A stretch of DNA of 64,000 nt. It comes from Octopus vulgaris (lineage: Eukaryota). The stretch covers positions 87,420,001 to 87,484,000 of the forward strand of contig OX597817.1 of the NCBI GenBank assembly GCA_951406725.2. Direction: 5' to 3'. A program made the translations under genes and the position numbers. The notes beneath the pieces were generated by a model, which saw only the letters and a program-made list of their open reading frames with translations, searched no databases and was not told where the DNA came from. Below are positions 1 through 15,513 of this stretch, in pieces (position 1 is the stretch's first letter; each line of letters opens with the position of its first letter).

Positions 1-2535
1 TCCGTCGATTCGAAAAATTAAGAGCAAATTGATAACCGTGTTGACTTTTATTACATCAAGCTGATTTTTATGGTTTGCTGCAATTTCTGCTAAATTCTAC
101 TACAGCCGTACATAAAATACATTCTAAATTAACTATATGTTTGCTCAAAGTTAAATTAGAGATAGGATCTAAATTTCATGCTTTACAATTTGATACCACA
201 ATGTTTAGAATTTACGTTTTCTCTTTCAGATTGTCTTTCACCTTTATGAAGCATGAAAGCTAATCACAAGCAATACCTGATGCTAGGATGAAACAACACT
301 ATCTCTTATAACCCTGGAAATAACCCTAGATAAAAGCGATGATATATTTAGTCAAATAAACTGTTGAAATGATCGTGTTGTTTTGTGTTTGGTATGAAAC
401 CAAATAAAAAGTTTCAGTCTAGGCATATCCATGGAATAATTATTTTAGTGTGTTTATGGGTTAGAACCCTTGGTTGAGGTTGTATAAAATTTATTGAACA
501 AAATACAGTAAGATATGTCTGCAACTTGCTGATATTTTTGGATAGTTATGGATAATGTGACATCTACACCTGCAAGCACATTCAGCATTTTCTGTCACAA
601 CGCGGATGTTTAAGGAGCATCCCTACCTCTTTTATTGATCTGGTATTTAGTAGCTACCACTTATTACTGAATAGCAAAGTCATCTACTTCTAGGTGAGAT
701 GTGATACCTCAAACACAGGTATTTCTTGAATATGTTTCTCTTTGGAATAGCTATCAGTGTGTGTGTGTGTGTTATCCTGTCTTCCATGGCATTACCAGTT
801 TACTATATCATCATTGACTGTAAGTTATTGGGTTTATTTTCAGTATTTTAACTTATATGATCCTGACGCAAGAAATTAGCAAAATTCGATTTGTACCTAG
901 ATAGAGTAGGTCATGTATGACAATGTGCTATGTGCTAACGATGGTTAAAATATAAACCAGTTCTGGTCAGAACGTTACACACTCCAATACTATCACTAAA
1001 TCTAGAATCTCATTATAAAAGTGTGAAAATGGATTTATACGAAGGGCTAATGTCAAGCTGAGATGTTTATACTTTCGATAAACCTTAGCAAAGTAAAAAA
1101 TATAATAAAACAAAAATAAACAAACTGCTTCAACAGTTACCCAACTTCAAATTTCTATTTCCTCATTATGATATGAAATAATTATAACGTATAATACTGA
1201 CCTAAGCTGACAACTTTTAGGAGAGTGGCGGGGGGGGGACTCGATTATATTGATCCCAGTTATTGTTTATCGATTTGGGGAATAAAAATACAGTCGACTT
1301 ATGCGATATTTGAACACGAAACTGAAAAGTATGTAACTAAATACTGTTTGAGATTTTGTCAAGTTTCTTCTGTTTTTATCTCTCACCATTTCTGATATAA
1401 AAAAAAAAGAATATTAGAATTGATTATGAACATTTAGGTGCATAAATTAGATGCTCTAAAACTAAACAAAATGTTTATAGAGGAATTTGAACTCCCGACT
1501 ATTGTATTCATCTTCCTTTTGATATTTCCACTTAACAATTAACATTTATAATAAACACTTAATATCGAGATAAACTCTATGTGATCACTAGGCATACTAG
1601 AGAATATCAACTAAATCACACCCTGGCGTCATAAGGTGTTAGGAACACATTAGATAATGTATTCTTAGATACCTCTGAACAACATGATAGTCATGACCTG
1701 AACGCCTTTGATCATGTCTGTTCAGTAAAGAGAGACCTCAGTTAAATAACAACAGGTTGCAACGTCCGTTATTTGCGGGAAGTATGACGTCAAAGTTATT
1801 GTGTAAAAACGAAGGGATAATTTTTCCAAACACGTTTCCCATAAAATCAAAACTACAATTCTAAATATAAAAAAACAAGTATTGTACTGGATCATTTCTC
1901 CGAAACTTGGACATTCTCCTGGTGTGATGGAAAACAATGCCAATTTCTAAAGTTTATAACAATAACGGAAATCGATCTAAAGAATACGATTGAAATAGCC
2001 AACAATTTCACGTTATTGGTTTGCAAATAATTAATAAGCAAAAAATAAAACAGATTGTACTGAACTGTTATTCAATTAATTATAGTGCTAACTGTGCATA
2101 TCACCCTTTTTTTCGCTCAGAAACATATAACAACCACCATGTTTATTCCCCAATGTTCATTCAACAGCTTCTTTTGAAGGCTTTGGTAAAATGTGATGCA
2201 TAAACGAGTCCATTACGTCATGTAAAAGATTCGGTTGAATAAACTGCTCTATTCATAATCACATCTATAACAGAGTGCATTCGTTTTCAGTTTCCACTGA
2301 CAGAATATATCAGTTACACCAAAGCAAAGTCAAAAAATAATATTAACACATTTAATGAGAGAATATTAAACGAACAGATCATGTGTAACAGTCTCTGTTG
2401 TATATATTCTGATATTGTGTAGCAATTTCTTAAGTGTATGTATTCTGAAATTGGTATAAGGAATATGTCAATGTCACTATTCAGTTGATACATCTGGTGC
2501 ACCGCCTGGATATGAACATGTAGCACGATGGTGCG

Positions 2536-2609
<74 letters not shown>

Positions 2610-2821
2610 GTGTGAATCTATCTATATATCTGTCTGTCTGAAGGTGTGTAGGTGTGTAGGTAGGTAGATGGCTGGGTAGATTGGTAAGCAGGCAGGAAGT
2701 GTGCAAACGAATCAGAAAATAATTTAACACACTATCAAAGAGAATGAAAACGCATGTTTGCGTGTTTGCACGCACGCGCGTGTGTGTGTCGCTGCATACA
2801 TACATATATATATATATATAT

Positions 2822-3328
<507 letters not shown>

Positions 3329-3408
3329 TTTGGTGGTACAAATACGATTAATAGGTCGCAAAACGTATATATATATATATATATATATACTCTTTTCATT
3401 ATCTTCAA

Positions 3409-5793
3409 CCCATGGTCTACCAGAGAAAATGTATGTCAACTGGGTCCAATGGACACAATATTTTTCTTTTAATTAAATTTTATTCAAACTACCACTATTT
3501 CTTAGCTACATTATATATGCTATCAGGTGAATGAAGAATTACTGTTTCTCACAAATTTTAATAAAAGAAAAATACAGCTTACAGAATATATTATAATTTT
3601 TTTTTAAATTACAAAAATACAGAATTACAGCTCTTAATGGCAGTGAATGCAGACAACATTGGAATGTTCTAGGCAAACATGGATATTACAACTCTTACAT
3701 GTAGTACAAGTTTTCCTGTCTTTTGGGGGCCTTTTTTTTCCTTGGCTGAGGAATCTCAAAAGATCGTCTTCGATTCTTGTTTGGTTGAGAAATGTTAGCG
3801 GAACTAGAAGATTGTTTGTCATGTTTTTGTTTAGTATTAACTGAATTAGGCACTGTCTTCTTTTATCCTTGAAACTTTGCAAGTGAAGCTGTTTAGCAAC
3901 AATGAAAGCATTCACTGCACTTATACCAATCATGTTGTAGAATATAACCATAGGCCATCGTCGAGTCATTCTTTTGCAAGTGTATGTCCTTACCATCTTA
4001 TGTAGGGTATCTACTCCTCCTTTTGGTTTGTTGTAACATGTAATAACTTTAGGTTTCTTTTCAGCACTTTTTGAATCAACTGAAAGCTGAGGGTGTATTG
4101 TACTCATAAGTACGACAACATAATTTTTCTTCGGACAATAAGATAGGATCATAGAATCCTTTTGCAATCCAAATAATGTGCTGTTGATTTCTCTTTCTTT
4201 TCCATTTGTGAGAGCACTTGGAAGTTTAACTCTGTTCTTTCTAATTGTTCCGACTAAAGTAGTTTTCTTGCTAAGCAGCTTTCGAGCCAATCCTAGATTT
4301 GTAAAAAAATTATCACAAGTTATATTGCGACCAGTATTTTCAAGTTCTTTTGCTAGGTCTTCAAAAACTCTTGAACCTTGATTCGTCTCTCTCCCTTTTA
4401 CTGGGTCATTTCCAGTGTAGATTTGCATTTTCCAGGCATAAGATGTTTCACTGTGGCATATTGCCCAAATTTTAATTCTATATTCCCCTGGTTTTGAAGG
4501 AATACATATCCAGAATAGGCAGCGCCCTCTGAATGAAACAGTTCATCAACGGTCATGCATGAACTTGGAACATATCCATCTTGCAAATTCTGACTCTACA
4601 TTTCAAATACTTCTCTTATGGGCTCGAATTTATCATCTCACTTCTCTTTTAATACCTGTTAAATCTGTTGAAATATTCCCCAGCTCATAATGTTGTTGAA
4701 TATTGGGGTGTAATCTTCTTGACTCCATAACTGTATGACATTTTCATGTTTAGATTTATAAACACCGATAAGAATAATCAGTCCAATAAATTTCTTTAAT
4801 TCAGAATGATCAGTTTCCTTCCATTTATCTTTGTAAACAACCTGACCTTCAACATTTGTCCATTTACGAGTTACTTCAAGAAGATTCTGGCGCATAAAGA
4901 TAGTAAAACTCGTTTCAATGCTATCGCAAGACCTTTTAGCAAAACGGGATGGTCCACATTCTTGGCGCACAGTATTGCAAGATGAAGTTCTCACTGCTGC
5001 TTGAGTAAGAGAATTAGAATGACAAACTTCTTGCCTGTCTCTAGAAACATATTAATCATTCATAATTGGGTGGCTTTCAGATAATTGTTTTTGAATATCT
5101 TCATCATCTGATGACACAGAACCTAAAGTGTCCAGTACACAATCACTTTCACCATCATCTTCAGAGCAATAGAATGAATCACTACCGTCTTCTTCCGTTC
5201 TTCATCTAATTCCAGTAACCTTGATATTTGGTCTTCACTCAAGTTTTCACGTCTAGGCATATTGGAAAGCACAACTTAAATATATGAAACTTGGTAGCAG
5301 TAAAGGCAGATATTGCTCTCTCACATATACTCTCTTCAAAGTTGATGCAATATATTGTAATAATTGCGTCATCACATAGAAATATTGCATCACCCTATAA
5401 CCTAGCAATTTGAAGGCGATGCAATACCACACAAATTTACAGGAATATTTTCATAATTTTTCCTATTTTATCTAAAATTCAGCAAATAAATAGAATTCAA
5501 TGTTACCTATTTTATATCTGATAAATATCTAGGAAAATAATATTTGATACTGCTTTTATTCTATTTAGAATGACAAGAGTATTGTCTGAATTTAATTCGA
5601 AGGTCCAATGGACCCATACGGTAATCAAGTGAAATTTTCTGGGTTTTATGATAAACATACCGAAAATTTCCCATTTGACAAATAAGAGAGTCAAGAAAAA
5701 ATAAGAGTCAGCAGAATCAAATAATATAAACAGTAGCGAAAAGCAACTGAAAAAATTGGAATGGGTCCATTGGATCCATTGGTAGACAGAAGA
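3409..5793 (-). mobile_element. piggyBac-family DNA transposon, degenerate
   Basis: Imperfect TIRs (cccatggtctacca / tggtagacagaaga), flanked by tcaa and ttaa. Subterminal ggtccaatggac motifs; internal transposase. Confidence 0.85.
3634..5260 (-). pseudogene. piggyBac transposase, frameshifted
   Basis: Start MPRRENLSEDQ at 5260. Fragments carry MTVDE, CDNFFT and KGGVD (DDD triad motifs) and a C-terminal Cys-rich CTTCKSCNIHVCLEHSNVVCIHC. Split across ORFs 4659-4994, 4398-4586 and 3634-4428. Confidence 0.9.
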
Positions 5794-5857
5794 TTAATCA
5801 ATAGAAATTTAGTAAGTACTATCCTTGAAATTTCCAACCATTTAATTTACCGATTAT

Positions 5858-5934
<77 letters not shown>

Positions 5935-6099
5935 CGCATGTGCAAAAGTGCGGATTCTGCATGAATTTGGAAACGGTGCGGAGTGAAATTTGTAAATAGT
6001 CTTCTTTCACTATATACTGACTATAGAAAATGGATATTAGTACACATACTAATGCCCATTTTTTCCGTTTATATGCCTTTATATTGATTTAAAATTTTG

Positions 6100-6240
6100 A
6101 CCCCGTGATCAAGTGGAATTTATTTTATCAACACCAAAAGGATGAAAGGCAAAGTCTATTTGGCGGAACGTAAAGACAGACGAAATACTGCTAAGCATAT
6201 CGTCCGGCATTCTAAGGATTCTGCCAGCTTACTGCCTTAT
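6100..6240 (-). mobile_element. SINE fragment (family D)
   Basis: aaaggatgaaaggcaaagtc...gacgaaatactgctaagcat...ttctgccagc matches 42300-42443 and 55834-56040. Confidence 0.6.
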
Positions 6241-6301
6241 ATATGCCCTAATATTATACTATTTCCCACAGTCAATATACGGTGAAAGCTTACAATTCTA
6301 T

Positions 6302-6335
<34 letters not shown>

Positions 6336-7131
6336 CGAGGGTGTACCCAAAAGTAACAGGAAACGTTCTCTGTGGGAGAAACCCGATGTAGTTCAGGCTT
6401 CCACCGCTAGAACCACTTGGTGCGATCCTCAAGCATCAGGCTGCTGACCGTCGTCGTCGTACTGTCATGTGATGCGTCGTTCTTTTGCAGTGCTTCTCCC
6501 CTGTTCGTCGATTTTTGCGATGGTTGAAACGAAGGAACAGCGTGCTTTAGTGAAATTGTTTTCCACTTCAAACAGCTTACAAGGACGCTGCCACGAGCAG
6601 AAAAGGACTGGTCACTTGTCACTTGATGACCAGCCTCGTTCAGAGCGATCGTCGACCTCCCGAACGAATGAAAACATCATACAAATTCATGAACTGATCT
6701 TGGAGGGAAGTCACCAAATAATTGACGAACTTTTTGATATGACTGGTGTGTCCTGGAGCTCCCGCCTACGACTTTTGAGCGAAGAATTATGAATGAAAAG
6801 AGTTGCAGCAAAATTTGTAACTCGCTTACTCACGGAAGATCAAAAACAGTTACGAGTGAATGCATGTCGTGAACTGTAAGAATAGTTGGAAGTTGATCCA
6901 GACCTTTTTTCGACGAAAGTTGATGTGGAAGAGATGAAGAAAAAAAACAACAGAGGCATTTAAAGGCATTACTTCACAGGAGATCCAGCACAACCGGAGA
7001 CTGTGGAAAATGCGTCTGGATCGATACATTGCGTCAGATAGAGAACACTTTGAAGACGATGAAAGTGTAAACATGTAAAACTAAGTGAATAATGTTGCAA
7101 AATTCCAGTTTCTTTTGTGTACCCCATCATG
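6336..7131 (+). mobile_element. mariner-like element, internally deleted
   Basis: TA-flanked start cgagggtgtacccaaaagtaac; degenerate right TIR ttcttttgtgtacccc. Transposase remnants DDQPRSERSSTSRT and KRVAAKFVTRLLTEDQK. Confidence 0.75.
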
Positions 7132-7136
7132 ATGAG

Positions 7137-7200
<64 letters not shown>

Positions 7201-7749
7201 CGAGGGTGAGTCAAAAAGTAATGCAATTTTGTCTAAGACAAGTATAATTACCACTACAGGAACATGTATCATACATCAAAATGAAGCTGGTTCTCTGTGG
7301 ATAACATCCCTGCTTCTCAACATAGTCACCGTTTCTCTCAATAGCAATGTTCCACCTTTGAATGAGAGCATGTATCCCTGGCCCGTAAAATTCTGTTGAC
7401 TGTTCTTTGAGCCACTTCTTCGCTACCTCCACACTCACCATATTTAGCGCCTTCATACTATCATCTCTTCGGCGCCACGAAAGAGGGTTTGAGAGGCAAA
7501 CATTATTCCAGTGACGCGGAAGTAAAAACTATAGTAAAGAAGTGACTCAAAGAAGAGTCAACAGAATTTTACGGACCAGGGATAGATGCTATCATTCAAA
7601 GGTGGAACATTGCTATTGAGAGAAGCGGTGACTATGTTGAGAAGTAGAGATGTGATCCTCGGAGGACCAGCTTTATTTTGATGTATGATACATGTTCCTG
7701 TGTTGGTAATTATACCTGTTCTAAACAAAATGGCATTGACTCACCCTCG
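7201..7749. mobile_element. mariner-derived foldback element (two inverted 3' ends)
   Basis: TA|cgagggtgagtcaa ... ttgactcaccctcg|TA. Both ~220-bp arms encode the mariner C-terminus (FYGPGIxALIQRWNIAIERxGDYVEK) in opposite orientation. Confidence 0.85.
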
Positions 7750-7842
7750 TATATATGCGCGCGCGCGTGTATATATGTACATATGTGTGCGTGTGTATGT
7801 ATAGCTATCTATCTATATATCTATATCTATCTATCTATCTAG

Positions 7843-7934
<92 letters not shown>

Positions 7935-7952
7935 CACATATATGTATGTGTG

Positions 7953-9201
7953 TAGGGGTTGGACAAAATAATGGAGACACCTTAATATTTCAAACAAATA
8001 ATTTTAATATGGGGGCAGTAATGCCATTGGTAGTAATTACAGCTTGAATTCTATGATGTATGGACTCGTACAAAGTTTGAATTGTTTCCAAAGGAATTTT
8101 TGTCCATTCTTCAGCTAAAACAGTCCCCAGTTCTTGTAGTGATGATGGTGGAGGATATTGACTCCTTAATTGTTTTTCTAAAATGCACCAATGTTCAATA
8201 ATATTGAAATCTGGGGACTGTGGTGGCCAGATAAGATGTTCAACTTCACTAGAATGTTTCTCGTGCCATTCAGTAACAACTTTAGCTGTGTGAATTGGTG
8301 CATTATCATCTTGAAAGATTGCATTTCCCTCTGGAAACAGTTCCACAACCATAAGATGAATTTGATCAGATTAAATGCTTAAATAGTCTTGATTATTAAT
8401 TCTGCCATGAAGGGAAACCATTAGGTCGGTGGACTTCCAAGATATAGTCCCCAGATTATCAATTATCAAATATCCTCCTACATGTTTAATAGTTGGAAGA
8501 AGACAGTCTGGGTCAAATGCTTCTTTTGGCTGTCTCCACATGTATACTCAGCCTGTGGTCGGAAATAAGGTAAAGGATGACTCGCCCGTGAAAATGACAT
8601 TCTTACACTGCTCTAGGGACCAATTCTGTGGGTTTTTACTCCACTCTAAACGCTTTGCAACGTGTGTTTTTGAAAGTAGGGGCTTTCTGATTGCAGCCCT
8701 CCCGTCAAATCCGGCTTTGTGCAGCTCCCGGCGAACATTTTTTTTTGTGGAACCTGAGTTCTCAAGGTGGTCATTAATCTATGCAGTGATTCTTTCTATC
8801 AATTCGCGTAAGATTCCGACGGTCCCAATCTGAAAGTTTTGGTTTTCTTCCAGAGATTTGTTTCGATGAGGAGGTTTTCCTTTCTTTCTCAAAGGCTGTC
8901 ATTACTTTCAAGACAGTACTTCATGATGCACCAAACATTTTGGCTGTTTTTGTTACACTAGAACCTGCTATACGACCACCAACAATTTGACCTCTTTGGA
9001 AGTCCGATAGAACTGTCATTTTAATGGATTTTAATTAGCTGTTTTCTGATGACATCTGAAAAGAACAGCACTTTTAGCGAAAAATATTAAGCAACACTAA
9101 TAAGAAATCAAAAAACAAAAATAAACAAGCTTTTTTATGATTTTATAGATATTTTGAAAATAATGATGCTTGGTGCTTCCATTATTTTGTCCAACCTCCT
9201 A
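7953..9201 (-). mobile_element. Tc1-family transposon with disrupted transposase
   Basis: TIRs ggggttggacaaaataatgga / tccattattttgtccaacctcc. Start MTVLSDFQRGQIVG at 9019; motifs FQDDNAPIH and WPPQSPDFNIIEH. Confidence 0.9.
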
Positions 9202-9354
9202 TATTTATAAATCGAAGTACACTGTGTTATTCATCCATTACGGCAGGTCGTACGAATTGGTTTCGCACAAGAGATTTAACGGGTGTTAGATAACAACTTA
9301 ATTATGTAACCCTACACTCTTCAGAAATGGCAGTTATGATTATATATATATATA

Positions 9355-10218
9355 CATATACTGCATATATAGGAAATTCCGTCTCTGGGTACGTTTGTGG
9401 TGTTGTTAGCTAACTCCTATATTCCTCGTCTGGAAATCTCATGGCATACGTTGCAAAAATCGATAATATATAAGGATCCCTGAATGGGATGCTTATATAT
9501 ATCTAATATATTTCATTTTAACACCCAAGGGAAATAACCCATTCACCCAAATTTTAACAGCCAAGGGAAATGACCCATTCATTTTCCTAAGTCATTTGGT
9601 GTAAATCAAATTAAATATTCTTATTTCTTTATATTTGATCTGTTAGAGTTATTTTCGAAATTTATCCAGTACAACCCTTAAACAAGTAAACAGTATTTTC
9701 CTAAACAATAGATCCACTTATTTCGGTTAGTGATTTACTCATGAATATACCGACACTAGCGCCCCTAAGGGTAATATTCTCTGGGAACGCACAAAAGCCC
9801 TTTTCAGAGTTATTTACTTTGATTTGTTATTATCTCATATCTGATTAGCCTGTTATTACGTAACATGCTTCACCATTTTAGTATACATACCTTATTAGTA
9901 TTTCCTCCTAAGTTTCATATACTCTGGGAACGCATTATAGCCCTTTTCAGGGCTACTTTATTTGAATTCTTACTATCGGGTAACTAAGTTCATGTTATTA
10001 CATAACTGACTTCACAATTTTGGTATTCATAATTTATTGGGAATTCCTAAAAATAAGATCCCGTGTAAGACAGTTTGCTATTCACTGTAATGCACAAAAA
10101 AACGTTTTAAGGACTACACATTTTGTATTGTTGTTATTGCATTAGCGAAACAATTATGAGAATGGAACCAAGGGATAAGCCCCGCTTTCCAGGGAATTAC
10201 CGGGTACGGCGCAACTAG
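9355..10218 (+). mobile_element. non-autonomous Helitron-like element
   Basis: 3' GC-rich hairpin-like gggaattaccgggtac then CTAG followed by T. Shares the internal motif aacacccaagggaaataacccat with 11818-12975. Confidence 0.55.
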
Positions 10219-10254
<36 letters not shown>

Positions 10255-10353
10255 GAGAGAGGGAGGGAGAGATACATACATACTTGTGTACATAATGGTA
10301 AAATGGAATGTGTGTGTGGACTTATATAATATATATATATATATATTATATAA

Positions 10354-10487
<134 letters not shown>

Positions 10488-11588
10488 GGTGTGCGTTGCG
10501 TTACATTGATAAATAAAAAGATATAATAAACAAGCTACATAACTCATACTGAATGTAAAAACGAACAGGAGACAAACAGGAGGTCCGTAATTCTTCATCT
10601 GTTATCGACCATTTGGTAATAATCAATTTCGCACCATTAACAATAAGACTGAATGCTTCACAATTAACGGTGCTCGCAAAAATTGTTTTCTTGTGGAGAA
10701 TTTAAGGACAAGAGCAAACAAAACAAAACAAAACAAGAAAAACGACACAGAGTGTGATTTAGGACGGTGGATGAGGACGAACACTTGAACACTGGGACAA
10801 GGAGACGAGAATAGAGGGTAACGCTTAGGAAATGTCTTGAAGGATGGACGACGGAGAGGCAGAGAATTTGCGACTAGTCAACTACGGGACCAATGTAAGA
10901 AAGGAAGAAAAAGGGGAATTGAAGTGAGAGGGTGAGAGAAAGAAAAGGGGAAAGAATGAAGGCAAGAGAGAAAGAGCCACACGGGTATATAAAAAACTTG
11001 TATAAATTTGTATAAAAATGTATAAACAAACAACACGAGACAAACATAAGGTCCGTAATTCTTTCCTTTCCATTTTTTCTCTGTCGCTTACCCTCCTTGC
11101 TGTCTTTCTCCTCTGCCTGTTGCTGTAACGTGACCAGTGGCCACTTTTTCTTCCTTTCTTACACTGGTCCTGTAGCTGACCAAATTCCATCCTCCATCCT
11201 TCAAGACATTTCCAAAGCGTTACCCACTATTCTCGTCTCCTTGTCCCAAGACCGTATTTTGTTCGAGTGTTCGTCTTCATCCACCGTCCTAAATCACACT
11301 CTGCGTCGTTTTGCTTGCTTTGTTTTGTTTTATCTTGTCCCTAATTCTCCTCCAGAAAACTTTTTTTACTGGCATCTCCAAATGGGAAGCCCTCGGTCTC
11401 ATCGTTAAAGGTGTGAAACTGAATATTACAAATAGGTTGATAACAGATTATGTATGTATGTATGTATGTATGTATGTATGTATGTATGTATGTATGTATG
11501 TATGCATGTATGTGTGTATGTATGTATGTACGTATGTATGTATGTATATATTTATGTATGTATGTATGTATGTATGTATGTATGTATG

Positions 11589-11653
<65 letters not shown>

Positions 11654-11665
11654 GGTAATAGATAA

Positions 11666-11736
<71 letters not shown>

Positions 11737-11817
11737 TTATACATACGTACAGGGGCAGTGCTCCAGCAAGGCTACAGGCTTAGGGCTGAAATATATAAAA
11801 GAATAAATGAATGTATA

Positions 11818-12975
11818 TCTAGTATATATGTTGAAAATCGCTGTGTGTTTGTTTGTGGCGTTGTTTGTGGTGTTGATGGAACTTGACACGTGTGTAGAAC
11901 TCATGTCTGGAAACCTCGTGACATACTTAGATTGTTGAAACAATCGATAATACGGCTCCTGGAAGGGACCTTTATATCTACCTCACATAACTATTTTTAA
12001 ACACCCAAGGGAAATAACCCATAGAACTGTACGGAATTTTTTTCAACAATCAAGGGAAATAACCCATTTCCTTGTTTATGTTCGATTACATTGAATATTG
12101 ATTTTTTGTGCGTCCTATTTCTAATTTTTGCAGACAATATCAATTTTAAACTTTATTTGACACGTGAGTAGAACCCATGTCTTGAAACCTCATGACATAC
12201 TTAGATTGATGAAAAAAAATCGATAACAGGGCCCTTCCAATGGATCCTTCTATCTACTATATATTACCAATATTTCATTTCAACAATCCAAGGAAAATAA
12301 GCCATACCACCTACAGTTTTAAGCGAAGCGATCAATATTTGATTCTTACGATCAGCCGACTTAATTCTGCTTTTCACTACTCACAGTTTTGAACTGCTAA
12401 ACATTATTATTGCACTTCTTTAATTTGAATCTTAAACATTAAAGACTTCATTCATACATTTCTATACATGCATACCTTTATGAATGTCAATTACTCCGAT
12501 AATTCTGTATTTTTACAGTTACACTTTTTCCATGACAGAAGGTAATTTTTTTTATTCCACAACGTATTTGTATTGACTTCATGCAGGCATAGCATGGATT
12601 CGATCCTCGATTGCCAAATTTTACTTAGCACTTCAACAGCGCTTTTCTCACGGCAAAACAATAGCTTTTCTGTGAATGACAGCAGTTATACATTTCCCAG
12701 ATGCCTTCACTAAACATAATAACGCCTTTGCCTCTCGACAACCTCCGACAACCTTTCTCACCAACCTCCGACAATCTTTCTCGTCAACCTCCCACAACCT
12801 CTCTCACCAACCTCCAACAATCTCTCCCTCCTCCAGCTGAGAGTTTCGTGTACGTTTTCGTGACGGAAAATACACCATTTGTGCAGTTATAATGAAATTT
12901 CTTTCTTATAGCAGAGTAAGAAGGCGTTTCAATAGAACATCTTTACCCCCGGGAATTACCGGGTACACCAGCTTG
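11818..12975 (+). mobile_element. non-autonomous Helitron-like element
   Basis: 5' TC start (tctagtatatatg); 3' hairpin tacccccgggaattaccgggta followed by CTTG (CTAG variant). Related to 9355-10218. Confidence 0.55.
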
Positions 12976-13507
12976 TATATACGTGCATACATACATACAT
13001 ACATACATACATACACCAGATAATATATACAGACATACATATACATACATACACCAGATAGTATATACACACATACATACATACATACATACATACATAC
13101 ATACATACATACATACATACATACATACATTCATACATACATACATACATACATACATATCCATGTGGCAAGAAGTTTGTTTCGCATCCGTGTTCTGGGT
13201 TCAATTGCAGTGCATGGAATATTTGGGTAGTGACTTATATTACAGGCTCGGTTTGGGTGGATTTGTTGAAGCGTGCCGTATCTATTTCTAAGTGTTGAAG
13301 TCTCTCATTTAGGAGTTTGATAAATAGATATAGGCAAAGTGTGTACCACACTGGAATGAGAATTGAGGTTAACATGATCAATTAAAACCTTGTAATGTAT
13401 GTTGCATCATGGGTGCAAACTAATTATTGTAAAAATGAAAAATGGAAATGTTGCTATATGCATATAAAATACACACTTATATCAATGTGTGTGTGTATAT
13501 ATGTGAT

Positions 13508-13578
<71 letters not shown>

Positions 13579-13930
13579 TAAATACATACTACGTAAATAT
13601 GTGTCGTGTACGCAAGTAAAATGATAAATATGTAAATTATAAATTCTTCCAAAACAAATTTTATTTTCAGTTTTTAATGCAGAAAGAACCATTCAGTGGC
13701 AGATTATGGAACAAAATAGTAATGTGCTGTTTGTCTATGATTGATGACGTAAGTTCTGGGCAGGAATATATAACGGAGTATGTCAACGAATATAAATGTG
13801 ATTCTGAATAGCAATATTACTGTGACAGCATGAGTATATCTATGTCAAATAATAAGCGATTTATACACTTAACTATCGTTCTATATGTGTGTATGTGTGT
13901 GCATGCAGGCTCATGTGTGTTTGTGTGTGT

Positions 13931-13980
<50 letters not shown>

Positions 13981-14643
13981 CGTGTGTGTGCGTGTGCGTG
14001 CGTATGTGTGTTTGTTTACATATGTGTTTGTGTATGCATTTGTGTGTCTTTTATCTTTGTGAAATTTTACATTTTAAATCATGAATTTTTATGAGAGAAT
14101 TAACTTGTCATGAACATTTACAAACCTGATGCAACTATTTTGTCTCTTTGTAAAGTGAAACACATACAGCAAAATAAATATCATTCTTCATGCATTCTAA
14201 AAGAAAAATAATTACTTTATTTGATGGGGACATGTAGAAACTATTGCTTACAATGTCATTTTATAAATGACTTATGGGCGAGAAAGGATTATAAAATTCG
14301 AAATATAATTGACAATCAACAACAAAACGCATTACGAGAACTTGAGAATTGCAACACCATTTATATCCATAACGACGTTGGACATGTTGGAAATTAACAT
14401 TCCCCGAAATAAATATCTTTACAAATTTAATAAATTCTTTCACAAATTATTTCTACTGTATATTCTAGCAAATCCACAGTTGGACAAATGTAAAATCGTA
14501 TAAGGGCATTAAAATCTAACTGCGCGCGCGCACACACTCATACACACACACACTCACACACACAGACACAAAATATATGTATTATTGTGTGTGTTGTGTG
14601 TGTTCGTGTAATATAATTATATATGCATACATACATAAATATG

Positions 14644-14689
<46 letters not shown>

Positions 14690-14723
14690 GCATATATATA
14701 TATACACACACACACATACATAC

Positions 14724-14758
<35 letters not shown>

Positions 14759-15209
14759 CATATATACATACATACAAATATATAAATACACACACACGTA
14801 TATTAATCGAAATGTACAGTATTATATAGCCATTACATCCGTTCTTATTAATCGGTTTCGCACTTGGGGTTCATTGGGGTGTTAAATAACAGTTCGATTA
14901 AGTAATCCTGCGCTCTTCAGACATGGCAGTTATGGATGAAAATATGGCGGTTACTCTCTATTGTGGAAGGTAAAAAGACACCAGGTTTGAGGTTGCTGAA
15001 AGAAGGCGACGTAGCGAACCGAACAAGGGTTAGGCTAAGAATTATGTCCCTTCGCACCAAAACACCGCCACTGGGAATGATGCAAGGCAATAAGATTTTT
15101 CAGGAAATATGTGTATGTTTTAGGGTTGGTATACTTATACATACATACATACATACTTACATACATACATACATACGTACGTACGTACGTACGTACATAC
15201 ATACATACA

Positions 15210-15243
<34 letters not shown>

Positions 15244-15513
15244 CATACATACATACAGACAGACAGACAGACATATACACACACATACACAACACACATA
15301 TATAAGTTTGTATGGAAAGAGGTTATCCAAGCTTACACCAGTTTAGCTCTTTATCGATTAACGAAATTGGAAGTTCTATATGTGCATATGTACTAACGTT
15401 TATCGTTGGTTCTTCTATATCAGTACCTTATACCTTATACCTCTGAAATTCCAGTTTATTCCAACTGAAATAAACTCTCCATCCGTTAGGATGTGAAAGA
15501 AGTGAAAGTCAAT

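Noticed and set aside
3634-4428. Domesticated PGBD host gene
   Set aside because: Frameshifts split the catalytic domain and TIRs remain, so it is a decayed transposon.
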